NCBI RefSeq assembly: GCF_028641065.1
Contig: NC_073426.1
Span: 1,178,001 to 1,237,314, forward strand
Reading direction: 5' to 3'
Source: Leucoraja erinacea
Lineage: Eukaryota
DNA length: 59,314 nt
Part shown: piece after piece, positions 1 through 11,097 of the stretch
How the letters are laid out: each line of letters begins with the position of its first letter
Position numbering within the stretch: position 1 is the stretch's first letter
Position numbers and translations under genes: made by a program
The notes under the pieces: model-generated
Told to the model about the DNA's origin: nothing
Databases searched by the model: none
What the model saw: the letters and a program-made list of their open reading frames with translations, nothing else

Positions 1-352
1 GGCCGTAGCTTCCGAAGCGGCAAAGTCGGGTCGCAGCCGAGCACCACCACAGCTCTCCCCGCTCCGAAGACGGCCAGCTCCACGATGTCAGGTCCGCAGG
101 CTCCGCGACTGGAACCCTCAGGTTGGTCCCGGCCAGATGCTGCCACAGGCTCCACGATGTTAGGCCCAACGACACCGGAGACCCGACCGGGAAAAAGTCG
201 GGTCCCCGTACAGGGAAGTGACTAACGGTTTCCGCCACATCCCCCCCTCCACCCCCAACATATACACAGCTAAAAAAGAATTAAAATTAAGCTCAAAACA
301 TACATTTAACAAGACAAAATAAAAGGCGGACGACTATAGTCGAGCCGCTGCC
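1..352 (-). mobile_element. 5' part of a GC-rich non-autonomous retroelement (similar to 23925-24740)
   Basis: Reverse complement resembles 23940-24150 (GC start, T-rich tract, cgacttt..ggtcg, GC-rich body). Confidence 0.5.
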
Positions 353-452
353 TTGACAAAGGCCCTATTGAAGTCCATATACACAACATCCACTGCTTTA
401 CCCTCATCAATTTCCCGAGTAACATCTTCAAAAAATTCAAGAAGATTAGTCA

Positions 453-949
453 AACAGTACTCACGCATCTGGAAACCAATAACACATACGCCAGAATCCT
501 GTACATTGACTTCAGCTCAGCGTTTAACACCATTATCCCACAGAGACTTGTGGAGAAACTAACCCTGCTGGGCCTCAACACCACCCTGTGTCAGTGGATC
601 TTGGACTTTCTGACAGAGAGACCGCAGTCAGTCCGTGTTGGCAAGAACACTTCAGGCTCGATCACGCTGAGCACCGGCTCCCCTCTAGGCTGTGTGCTCA
701 GCCCGCTGTTGTTCACATTGCTCACACATGACTGTGCTGCCAGATTCAGGGACAATAAGATCATAACATTCGCGGATGACACAACAGTGGTGGGACTCAT
801 CAGTGGAGAGGACGAATCAATGTCCAGGGAGGAAGTAAAACAACTAGTGGACTGGCGCGGCAAAAATAATCTAGAATTAAATGTCGACAAAACGAAGGTG
901 ATGGTTGTCGACTTCAGGAGGGCGCAGCCAAAGCATACACCCCTCAACA
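453..949 (+). mobile_element. Rex1/Babar-type LINE RT fragment
   Basis: [46 protein letters not shown]. Confidence 0.85.
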
Positions 950-1560
950 TAACCATATAACCATATAACAATTACAGCACGGAAACAGGCCATCTCGACC
1001 CTTCTAGTCCGTGCCGAACACATATTCTCCCCTAGTCCCATATACATGCGCTCAGACCATAACCTTCCATTCCCTTCCCGTCCATATAACTATCCAATTT
1101 ATTTTTAAATGATAAAAACGAACCTGCCTCCACCACCTTCACTGGAAGCTCATTGCACACAGCCACCACTCTCTGAGTAAAGAAGTTCCCCCTCATGTTA
1201 CCCCTAAACTTCTGTCCCTTAATTCTCAAGTCATGTCCCCTTGTTTGAATCTTCCCTACTCTCAGTGGGAAAAGCTTTTCCACGTCAACTCTGTCTATCC
1301 CTCTCATCATTTTAAAAACCTCTATCAAGTCCCCCCTTAACCTTCTGCGCTCCAAAGAATAAAGCCCTAACTTGTTCAACCTTTCTCTGTAACTTAGTTG
1401 CTGAAACCCAGGCAACATTCTAGTAAATCTCCTCTGTACTCTCTCTATTTTGTTGACATCCTTCCTATAATTAGGCGACCAAAATTGTACACCACACTCC
1501 AGAATTGGCCTCACCAATGCCTTGTACAATTTTAACATTACATCCCAACTTCTATACTCA
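950..1560 (-). mobile_element. CR1 LINE 3' end with (ATATGGTT)n tail
   Basis: LYKALVRPILE...QFWSP...SLERRRLRGDLIEVFK...TRGH; microsatellite tail at 950-970. Confidence 0.9.
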
Positions 1561-1749
1561 GCCACTTGATTCTGCGGCTGGCACGGACACTTTAATAACT
1601 GCCACTGGCCACTTTAATAACTGGCACTGGCCACTCAAATCAGCTGCCCCGGACATTTTTATGAGTGGTTTATTGTATTTTAATGTTGTGTTTTACCAGC
1701 TTTTAACTATTTATTTATATTGTTCCATCAGGGACTGGATTGTTTTTAG

Positions 1750-1982
1750 TGTTAGAGTGGTGGCTGTGTGGAATGAGCTTCCAGTGAAGGTGGTGGAGGC
1801 AGGTTCGTTTTTATCATTTAAAAATAAATTGGATAGTTATATGGACGGGAAGGGAATGGAGGGTTATGGTCTGAGCGCAGGTATATGGGACTAGGGGAGA
1901 TTATGTGTTCAGCACGGACTAGAAGGGTCGAGATGGCCTGTTTCCGTGTTGTAATTGTTATATGTTATATGGTTATATGGTT
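1750..1982 (+). mobile_element. Short CR1 3' end, inverted relative to 950-1180
   Basis: RVVAVWNELP...AGIWD-stop, 3' UTR and (ATATGGTT)n tail. Confidence 0.88.
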
Positions 1983-2305
1983 ACTGTGTGCAGCGTGGTA
2001 GAGATGGCATCCTCTGTAGAACGGTTGGGGCGATAGGCAAACTGGAGGGGGTCTAACGATGAGGGGAGGCTGGCAGTAATGTGGGGTTTCACCAGGCGTT
2101 CAAAACACTTCATTATTATTGGGGTCAGGGCGACAGGGGGGTAGTCATTTAGGCAGGCAACCACTGGTTTCTTCGCTATGGGGATTATTATGGAAGTTTT
2201 GAGGCATGTGAGGCCAATGGCTTGACTAAGGGAGATGTTAAAGATGTCTGTTAGCACATCTGCTAACTCCTCAGCACATTTCTTGAGCACACGTCCTGGG
2301 ATGTT
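1983..2305 (-). mobile_element. Rex1/Babar LINE RT N-terminal fragment
   Basis: [18 protein letters not shown]...[14 protein letters not shown]...[16 protein letters not shown]. Confidence 0.85.
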
Positions 2306-2324
2306 ATGTGCACCAGATCGATAT

Positions 2325-4022
2325 GTTCCAAGATGGCGGCGCGCACAGTCGCAGCGGCCCCTCGGGAGATAGTCGGAGCATTAAAAAGTGAGTGTGTGTT
2401 TTGTCCAGTCTGTCCAAGGTATATGTACTGCAGGAACATGCTCCTAAACATCGGGGCAAACCACGGTAGTAGTACGGGCGCGTTTTGGTGCGATTTAGAC
2501 CAAATACGCCGCTATGGACTACTACTACCGGCTGCGGAGCCAAACATATCGGCCCCAGATATGACTACGACCGGAGAGAGGAGGCGGGAGAGGAGAGAGA
2601 GGAGGAGGAGGAGGAGACGCAAGCGGTGTGAGAGGAGGCAGAAACGGGGTAAAAGAGCAGGCTCTTACACGAGGCGGAGACGGGGGAAAAGAGCAGGCAT
2701 TCACGCTAGGCTAACAGCCAACCCCACCCGACCTGCAGTGCCCTCGCTTCTCCTCTCTAATGTCCGCTCCCTGGACAACAAACTTGACGAACTGCGTCTT
2801 CTCAAGACAACACACAGGGATACAAGAGACTGCTGTGTGTTTGTTTTCACGGAATTATGGCTCCACGGCAATATCCCGGACACGGCAATACAGCTGGAGA
2901 GAATGACATTGTTCCGTGCGGACAGAGAGGCAGCTAGCTCTGGTAAGAGCAGAGGTGGAGGCCTGTGCTTGTACATAAACAAGGACTGGTGTGTGAACGC
3001 TACGAAAGCCGGGAAACACTGCTCTCCGCTGATAGAATTGCTCATCGTGAAATGTCGGCCTTTCTATCTGCCGAGGGAATTCTCCGTTGTTTTTGTTGTG
3101 GCTGTATATGTTGCTCCAAGTGCAAATGTAAATTCTAAGGCCAACGAAGCACTGGGAGCTCTGCATGACGCCATCAGTGAGCTCCAGACCAAATATCCTG
3201 ATAGCTTCATTGTGGTGGCCGGGGATTTTAATCACACCAGCCTTAAGACTGTGCTCCCAAAATTCAAGCAATATGTGGATTTTGAGACCAGGGGAGAGAA
3301 CATCTTGGACTTGGTTTACACCAACACCCCAGAGGCTTACAAGGCAGCCCCACGCCCTCACCTGGGCCACTCGGACCACATTTCAGTGTTTTTAACACCA
3401 GCCTACAGACCTCTGCAAAAACAAGTCAGAGCGGAGAGAAAACACACCAGGGTCTGGCCAGAGGGAGCAGCCTCGGCACTGCAGGATTGCTTCCTGCACA
3501 CTGACTGGGATGCGTTCAGGACAGCAGCATCCTATGATGACCTCATCAACATCGAGGAGTACGCAGAGACTGTAACCAGCTACATTGCCAAGTGCACCGA
3601 GGATGTCACTATCATGAAAACCTTCACTGCACGTGGAAACGAAAAGCCATGGATGACAGCAGAGGTGCGCTCGCTGCTGAGGGCTCGTGATGCAGCCTAC
3701 AGAGCCGGTAACACAGCCGCTCTTCGATCTACCAGGACTGCACTGGAAAAAGGAATCAGGGCAGCGAAACGTGCCTACGCGGGGAAAATCCAGGGACACC
3801 TCTGTGACACAGGAGACACCAGGAGGATGTGGAAGGGAATCCAAACAAGGGATGCAGCAAACACCACACCCAAGGGGAGAGCCAGCCCTTGCTTACAAAC
3901 CGACCAGCCAGTCCTGACCATAGACTCAATGGACACAAGGAGAATCCTGTCTCAGGTCAACCCGTGGAGAGCAGTCGGACCCGACAACATCCCAGGACGT
4001 GTGCTCAAGGAATGTGCTGAGG
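2325..4022 (+). mobile_element. Rex1/Babar LINE 5' portion: AAGATGGCG start, Arg-rich leader, AP endonuclease
   Basis: LSNVRSLDNKLDEL, SRGGGLCLYIN, VAGDFNH, LDLVY, LGHSDH within the 607-aa ORF 2306-4129. Confidence 0.88.
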
Positions 4023-4245
4023 TTATGTGCACCATATGCATCAGATTGCACAATTACATGCTGAAAAATGCACGCGCCTTTGGCCTTGGTCTATCGCAAT
4101 TTCTCACTCCCAACTCTCACCCATGTTGAAAGCCCTGGAATGTTTTTAAGAGAGAGTTAGATTTGGCTCTTCGGGCTAACGGAATCACGGGATATGGGGA
4201 GAAAGCAGGAACTGGCTGATTGTGGATGATCAGCCGTGATCATAT

Positions 4246-5128
4246 AGGGGGTGTGCACGTAAGGTCACTGGATCATAGGGCTTGATGCATGGAGCCACTC
4301 AATCCATCTGGAAGACATCCGTAACTTCCGGTATATGTTATTAATGCAAGAAACGTGTACTTTCCTACCTGTTAAAAAACGAGCAAATGTTGAATTTTTG
4401 CACTGTAAAAAAATTGTGTACGTCGGGGTAAGTGTGAGAGACATGTGCCCAACTTCAGAATTCAAAATGTGAAGCGAAATGAAGGTAAAGAGAAGCAAGA
4501 GCTGAAGGGACAACAGCAGCTAAAGTCCTTAGCGATCATTGGCCGTGCAGATATTGGCAAATATTGGGAATTATTGCATTTGCTCACTGCATTTCATCAA
4601 CTGTAAGGCATTATTTGTGGTTTTTCTTGATTCCTTTGGTATCTAATATGTCACAGAAGTGATAAATCTTGCTGTAAATTTTGCTTCAGAGAAGTTTTCT
4701 TTTTGTATGTAAAAACCCACTTGAGAACCATAGGCGATTTTAAAATTATACAGCCAGATTGATCACTTCTGAAACTTTTTAGATGCCAAAGGAATCAAGA
4801 AAAAACACAAATACTGCCTTAGTTGATGAAATGCAGTGAGCAAACGGCCAATGTTCGCCAAGCACTCTGTCTGTTGTTGTCCCTTCAGCTCTCACTTCTA
4901 TCTACCGTCATTTCTCCTCACTTTTGGAATTCTGAAGTAGGCTAAATGTCTCACACGCTTATCCCGATTTCCATAATTATTTACAGTGCAAAAATTGACA
5001 ATTTTAGCGGGTTTTAACTGGAAACTATGGTAAGTGCCTACCTGCAGTTCATCGCGTGTAATCCACTTGGCGTTGCATAGCAACAGTACGGGTCATGGGT
5101 CGTGGCACGACTGCCGTGAAACCTCTCT
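4246..5128. mobile_element. Non-autonomous fold-back DNA transposon (ISL2EU-like), inserted in a CR1 3' UTR
   Basis: Splits gatcat-AT-tgaatgg with a 2-bp AT duplication; imperfect TIRs AGGGGGTGTGCACG / CGTGAAACCTCTCT; THAP-like remnant CTVNNYGNRD..AYFRIPK; second copy at 43497-44397. Confidence 0.7.
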
Positions 5129-5263
5129 ATTGAATGGTGGTGCTGGCTCGAAGGGCCGAACGGCCTACTCCTGCATCTATTGTCTATGTTTCTATGTAAA
5201 AGCTTTCCACTCCATCGTCTATATCTCTCCTGCGACTCTGAGGAAGGGTCTCAACCTCTAAAC

Positions 5264-5298
5264 CAAAGACCTATATATGCTCTGCTATAGGATCTTTG
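5264..5298. mobile_element. 35-bp MITE with 8-bp TSD
   Basis: CAAAGAC(C)TATA...TATAGGATCTTTG flanked by CTCTAAAC at 5256-5263 and 5299-5306. Confidence 0.8.
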
Positions 5299-5364
5299 CT
5301 CTAAACGCCGCCCATTCCCTCTCTCCAGAGACGATGCCCATCCCGCTGAATTACTGCACTTTCG

Positions 5365-6895
5365 AGTTCATTTTAAGATACTGTTATTTGTTTTTAAATC
5401 TCTGAATGGGCTCGCCCCGTCTTACCTCTCTGAGCTGCTCCACCCATAAGCTCCTGCCCGGTCCCTCAGGTCAGCTGCTCCTGGAGGTACCGAGGTCTAG
5501 TCGTAAGGCTCAGAGGGGATAGAGCCTTCTCTGTTGCTGCTCCGGCACTCTGGAACACCCTGCCATTGCACATCAGACAGGCCCCCTCACTGTCCATCTT
5601 CAAATCCAGTGTTAAAACACATCAAAAACCATAGCCGTGAGCACTGGCTCACCCCAAGGCTGTGTCCTAAGCCCCCTTCTGTTTAGTCTGCTGACACACG
5701 ACTGTACTGCCAGACTAGATAACAACTTCATCAACAAGTTCGCTGATGACACAACAGTGGTGGGTCTCATCAGTGACGATGATGAATCGGCGTACAGGAT
5801 GGAGGTGGAGCTGCTCACAGGTTGGTGCAAATCCCACAACCTCATTCTTAACGTGGGAAAAACTAAGGAGATGGTGGTTGACTTCAGGAGGGCGGGGAAA
5901 CAACACCATACACCTCTGCACATCGACGGAGCTGATGTGGAAAGGGTCAGCAGCATGAAGTTCCTAGGACTACATCTGTCTGATGACCTGACGTCCATGG
6001 CCAACACCACAGCTCTGGTCAAAAGAGCCCAGCAGCGACTTCACCCTCTCCGAAGACTACGTAAAGCAGGCCTCCCCACTACACACCTACGGACTTTTTA
6101 TAGGGGGACTGTCGAGAGCACATTGACCTACGGCATCACTTCCTGGTTCGGGAGCTGCAAGGCGTACGAACGGCACCAACTAGACAGGATAGTGAAGACC
6201 GCCAGCAGGATTATTGGTGCTCCACTCCCCTTCCTGCTGGACATATACAGGAAGAGATGTATCAGCAGAGCCACCTCCATCATCAAAGACCCTTACCACC
6301 CATCGCATGACATTTTCTCCATCCTGCCATCTGGGAAGAGGTACAGGAGCATTAGCTGCAAAACCAGCAGGATGCTCCTCAGCTTCTTCCCACAGGCTAT
6401 AAGACTGCTAAATGGACTTTGCCCCCTGCCAAGTATCGCGCACAAACCCCACACTGCAGCAGAGCCACTGTTGTGCCGCTGCCGGTCGGAACGACTGTTG
6501 AATGTTTAGTAGAGTGTTAAATTTGTTCATGATACATGTATTTTTTTCTATTTCTATTTATTTTTCATGCACACTGAATGGACACTGGTTGAGCAACGTT
6601 TTTTGTTTCCTCTGGGTATGCGAATACTCAGGAAATGACAATAAAGATATACAATACAATACAATACATTTTGTACTCCCTGGCTTTTGACCATGCCTGA
6701 GGCTTTGCTTCTGTTTGTGGTGTTTTTGATGTTTCTTTATTCTACATGTGTCTTTTCCTACTATTTCTTTTGATTATTATTTTTGGTGTGTATTAACTTT
6801 TTTGTCAATGATTAGTGATGTACAGCACTTTGTTGCAGCTATGTTTGTTTTTAAAGTGCTCTATAAATAAAATTATTATTATTATTATTATTATT
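5365..6895 (+). mobile_element. L2-type LINE 3' end interrupted by a Rex1 insertion (L2 parts about 5365-5620 and 6668-6895)
   Basis: FKILLFVFKSLNGLAPSYLSELL...RAFSVAAPALWNTLP..FKSSVKTH; ends in an (ATT)n tail. Confidence 0.7.
5621..6667 (+). mobile_element. Rex1/Babar LINE, 5'-truncated, (TACAA)n tail
   Basis: [52 protein letters not shown]. Confidence 0.88.
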
Positions 6896-6959
6896 TTGTA
6901 GTCTGCACACCCTTGCGGTTTTAGCTCAGGTTTGCAGCCTCTGCAGCTGCTGTGATTGT

Positions 6960-7640
6960 TTCCCCTTCCCGCCCCCCTCCCCCCACGTGGTGCAGGAGCC
7001 GCGGGGGCGGGCTAGCCGCGCCAAGGCAACCGTTGCTAGGGCGGGATGGGCGGCTCCGATTGGCGGAGGGCACAGTGTTTACGAGGGGCGGGGCTACGGC
7101 TCGACCTATCTTAGGACGCGGTCACATGCGGTGGGGGGCGGGACTTGGTGCGTTGTGACGTTGCGGCCGGGGGCGGTGGGACCTGCTCCAATTGGCCGCT
7201 GGCGCTGCCCGTCAGTGGGGGGGGCGGGACACAGTGGCCGGTCACGTGAGGCGGGTCCGTGCGGCGTGACAGGAGGAGACTTCCCTCACAGCGCCGGGAG
7301 CTCAGGTGGGATTAGGCGCCGCCACTCGGCCCGCGTCCTTTTCCCACCCCTTCCTCGCTTCCCGAGGGCGACCCGAGGCGAGCGGGGCGAGGGAAAGTCA
7401 AGTCGGGACGCCCTCTGGTCCTCCGACTGTGGCTCCGACCTGGCGTCGGGAGGCCGCGGCGCAACGTTTCTCGTTTCTCTGCCTGCAGCGACCCCTGTCT
7501 ATTGAAGGGCTCGGTGCAGCGCCTCTAGTCCTCCCAAGTCCAGCGCCCTCTTGGCGTCGGGAGGCCACTGTGCAGCGTCGCTGGTCCAGCGACTGTAGCG
7601 CCCCCTGGCGGCGGCGGAAGGCCACGTTCCCCACAGACGC
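6960..7640 (+). promoter_or_regulatory. CpG island / probable ZNF gene promoter and first non-coding exon
   Basis: Very GC- and CpG-rich; several GGGGCGG boxes, ATTGG/CCAAT (about 7059, 7188) and CACGTG (about 6984, 7243); lies upstream of the ZNF coding exon. Confidence 0.65.
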
Positions 7641-7682
7641 TGTTCGACCTGCTGCGTTATTCCAGCACTCTGACCTTCTTTC

Positions 7683-7740
7683 CAAAGATCCTATAGCAGA
7701 AGTAAGGAGTAAGCTATCTTGCTCCGCTATAGGATATTTG
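7683..7740. mobile_element. 58-bp MITE with 15-bp TIRs and 8-bp TSD
   Basis: CAAAGATCCTATAGC / GCTATAGGATATTTG flanked by CTTCTTTC at 7675-7682 and 7741-7748. Confidence 0.85.
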
Positions 7741-7795
7741 CTTCTTTCCATGATGCATGCCGCCTCCCACGTGACTCAGCGCCAATCACCGGGTG

Positions 7796-8880
7796 ATAGA
7801 AACATAGAAAATAGGTGCAGGAGTAGGCCATTCGGCCCTTCAAGCCTGCACCGCCATTCAATTTGATCATGGCTGATCATCCAACTCAGTATCCTGTACC
7901 TGCCTTCTCTCCATACCCCCTGATCCCTTTAGCCACAAGGGCCACATCTAACTCCCTCTTAAATATAGACAATGAACTGGCCTCTACTACCTTCTGTGGC
8001 AGAGAATTCCAGAGATTCACCACTCTGTGTAAAAAATGTTTTCCTCATCTCGGTCCTAAAAGATTTCCCCCTTATCTTTAACCTTGTTCTGGACTTCCCC
8101 AACATCGGGAACAATCTTCCTGCATCTAGCCTGTCCAACCTCTTAAGAATTTTGTAAGTTTCTATAAGATCCCCCCCTCAATCTTCTAAATTCTAACGAG
8201 TACAAGCCGAGTCTATCCAGTTTTTCTTCATATGAAAGTCCTACATCCCAGGAATCTGGTGAACCTTCTCTGTACTCCCTCTATGGCAAGAATGTCTTTC
8301 CTCAGATTAGGAGACCAAAACTGTACGCAGTACTCCAGGTGTGGTCTCACCAAGACCCTGTACAACTGCAGTTGAACCTCCCTGCTCCTATACTCAAATC
8401 CTTTTGCTATGATTGCTAACATACCATTCGCTTTCTTCACTGCCTGCTGCACCTGCATGCCTACTTTCTAATGGCTGGTGTACCATGACACCCAGGTCTC
8501 GTTGCATCTCCCCTTTTCCTAATCGGCAACCATTCAGATAATAGTCTACTTTCCTGTTTTTGCCACCAAAGTGGATAACCTCACATTTATCCACATTATC
8601 TGCCATGCACTTGCCCACTCACCCAGCCTACCCAAGTCACATTGCAGCCTCCTAGCATCCTCCTCACAGCCAACACTGCCCCCCAGCTTCATGTCATCCG
8701 CAAACTTGGAGATGTTGCATTCAGTTCCCTCATCCAGATCATTAATATATATTGTAAATAGCTGGGGTCCCAGCACTGAGCCTTGCGGTACCCCACTAGT
8801 CACTGGCTGCCACAGTGAAAAGGACCCGTTTACTCCTACTCTTTACTTCCTGTCTGCCAGCCAGTTCTCTATCCACATCA
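7796..8880 (-). mobile_element. CR1 LINE 3' part (second subfamily, TTTCTATG tail)
   Basis: [31 protein letters not shown], with frameshifts. Confidence 0.88.
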
Positions 8881-9273
8881 TATACTGAACCCCCAAAACC
8901 GTGTGCTTTGCCGGCATCCCCCTCGGATTGGGGTGACGTCAGGGTGCTGGTCGTGCGTGTGGCAGACGTGCGGCTCGACGCTGTGCCCGGATGCTCAGCG
9001 CCTCCAGGTCGGTGCGCCCCCCCCCCCCTTCTCTCCCCTCCCTCACCCCCCCCATTCTCACCCCCTCCTGCCCCCCACTTCGAGCACTAGTAATGTTCAG
9101 GCGTTAGTAATGTCCTGTTTACCAGCTTGTTGACCCTCTGTGTTCCCTCCTGCAGGGTTTAGGAGCCGTTGCTGTGGACAGAGAGACGGGGACGTGAGCG
9201 GCCATAGGGCGCCGGCCGGTGAGACCCAGCATATGCTCAATGTGCGGGCTGAGCTTCGAGGGTCCAAGCTTCG

Positions 9274-10260
9274 GTGGAGGACCACATGACGGGGCACAAT
9301 AAAGAGAAGCGTTATGAGTGCGACGTGTGTGGCAAGACCTGGCAGTACCCGAGCCGGCTGGAGACCCACCGGCGGGTTCACACGGGTGAACGCCCCTTCG
9401 ACTGCTATGACTGTGGCAAGGAATTCAAGGGGGCGCAGGAGCTGAAGATGCACCGGCGGGTGCACACGGGCGAGAAGCCCTATGGCTGCTCCACCTGCGG
9501 CAAGACCTTTGCCTGGTTGACGGGGCTACAACGGCACCGGCTGGTGCACAGCAGTGAGCGGCCCTTCACCTGCTCCGACTGCGGCAAAGGCTTCAAGTCG
9601 TCCACGATCCTGAAGGTGCACAGGCGGCTGCACACCGGGGAGCGGCCCTATACCTGCAGGGACTGCGGCAAAGGTTTCACCTGCTCCAACAGCCTGCTGG
9701 AGCACCAGGGCACCCACACTGGCCAGCGCCCCTACACCTGCACCCAGTGTGGCAAGGGCTTCACCCACTTCTCCAAGCTGCTGTCCCACCAGCAGGTGCA
9801 CTCCGGCAAGAGGCCCTTTGGCTGCTCCGACTGTGGCATGGACTTCAAAAGGGCACAAGAGCTGAAGATCCACCGGCGGATGCACACGGGCGAGAAGCCC
9901 TATCGCTGCTCCATCTGCGACAAGAGATTTGCCTGGTTGTCGGGGCTACGACGGCACCGGCGGGTGCACAGCAGTGAGCGGCCCTTCACCTGCTCCGACT
10001 GCGGCAAAGGCTTCAAGTCGTCCACGAACCTGACGGTGCATAGGCGTCTGCACACCGGAGAGCGGCCCTACACCTGTTGCGACTGCGGCAAGGGCTTCAC
10101 CCGCTCTGACAGCATGCTGGAGCACCAGCGCACCCACACCAGCGAGCGCCCCTACACCTGCGCCCAGTGCGGCAAGGGCTTCTCCAACTCCTCCAACCTG
10201 CTGTTCCACCAGCGTGTACACGCCGGCGACCATCCCGTCCCTAGCCCGTTGTGTGTTTAG
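9274..10260 (+). CDS. C2H2 (Kruppel-type) zinc-finger protein, 11 tandem fingers, truncated by a premature-looking stop
   Basis: Repeated CxxC...HxxxH with TGE(K/R)P(Y/F) linkers; upstream acceptor cctgcAG at 9155; ORF opens at GTG, first ATG at 9286. Confidence 0.9.
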   Translation: MEDHMTGHNKEKRYECDVCGKTWQYPSRLETHRRVHTGERPFDCYDCGKEFKGAQELKMHRRVHTGEKPYGCSTCGKTFAWLTGLQRHRLVHSSERPFTCSDCGKGFKSSTILKVHRRLHTGERPYTCRDCGKGFTCSNSLLEHQGTHTGQRPYTCTQCGKGFTHFSKLLSHQQVHSGKRPFGCSDCGMDFKRAQELKIHRRMHTGEKPYRCSICDKRFAWLSGLRRHRRVHSSERPFTCSDCGKGFKSSTNLTVHRRLHTGERPYTCCDCGKGFTRSDSMLEHQRTHTSERPYTCAQCGKGFSNSSNLLFHQRVHAGDHPVPSPLCV

Positions 10261-10640
10261 CGCTTTGCCATGGCCTCCCACGCCCTGTCTCACCAGCGCG
10301 TGCACACCAGTGGCCAGCCCTGCGACCGCCCGTACTGCGGTGAGGCTTTTGACAGCTCGCGGGGGTTGTGGCATCTCCGGTGAGCCCATGCTGGTGAGCA
10401 GCTGCTCCCACTGCGGCAAGTGTTTCAAGAGCGCACGGGGGCTGCGGGAGCACCAGCGGATTTACACACCGGAGATAGAGCCTTTATGTGCGCTGAGTGT
10501 GGCAAGGGTTTCACCCACATGTCCAGTCTGTGGCAGCACCAGCGTACCCACAGCGGTGAGCGCCCCTTCACCTGCCCGCTCTTTGGCAAGGCCTTTGCCC
10601 GCTCCTCCAGCCTACTGGCACACCGCCACGTGGATAGGCA
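10261..10640 (+). pseudogene. Decayed zinc-finger repeats downstream of the ZNF stop
   Basis: Further finger-like segments (CSHCGKCFKS..EHQRIYT; CAECGKGFTH..QHQRTHSGERPFTC) split across frames by stops and indels. Confidence 0.8.
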
Positions 10641-11097
10641 CTGTTTAAGTAGACATAAAATGCTGGAAGGAATGGGTAATGTTTCAGATCGAGACCCTCT
10701 TCAGTCTCGACCAGAAATGTCGCCCATTCCTGCAATGCTGAGTTACTCCAGCACACTGTGAAATGTCACCTATCCGTGTTCTCCACAGATGGTGCCAGAC
10801 CTGCCGAGTTACTGCAGCATTTCGTGTTATAGTGTGCAAACAGGCCCTTCAGCCCACTTGCCCACACCGTCCAGTATGTCCAAGCTACAATAGTCCCACT
10901 TGCCTGCGTTTGGTCCATATCCCTCCAAACCTGTCCTATCCATGTCCCTGTCTTAATTGTTTCTTAAATGTTGGGATAGTCCCAGGCTCAACATCTGGCA
11001 GCTTGTTCCATACACCCACCACCCTTAATGCCCCTCAGATTCCCCTCCACCTTGAACCCATGACCTCTGGTTCTCGATTCCCCCACTCTGGGCAAGA

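Noticed and set aside
2306-4129. 607-aa host protein
   Set aside because: It is the endonuclease region of a broken Rex1 LINE running into flanking DNA.
7071-7240. CACAGTG heptamers outside the Ig cluster
   Set aside because: No nonamer at 12 or 23 nt.
6952-7866. GC-rich ORFs
   Set aside because: Stop-poor CpG island sequence; no recognisable domains.
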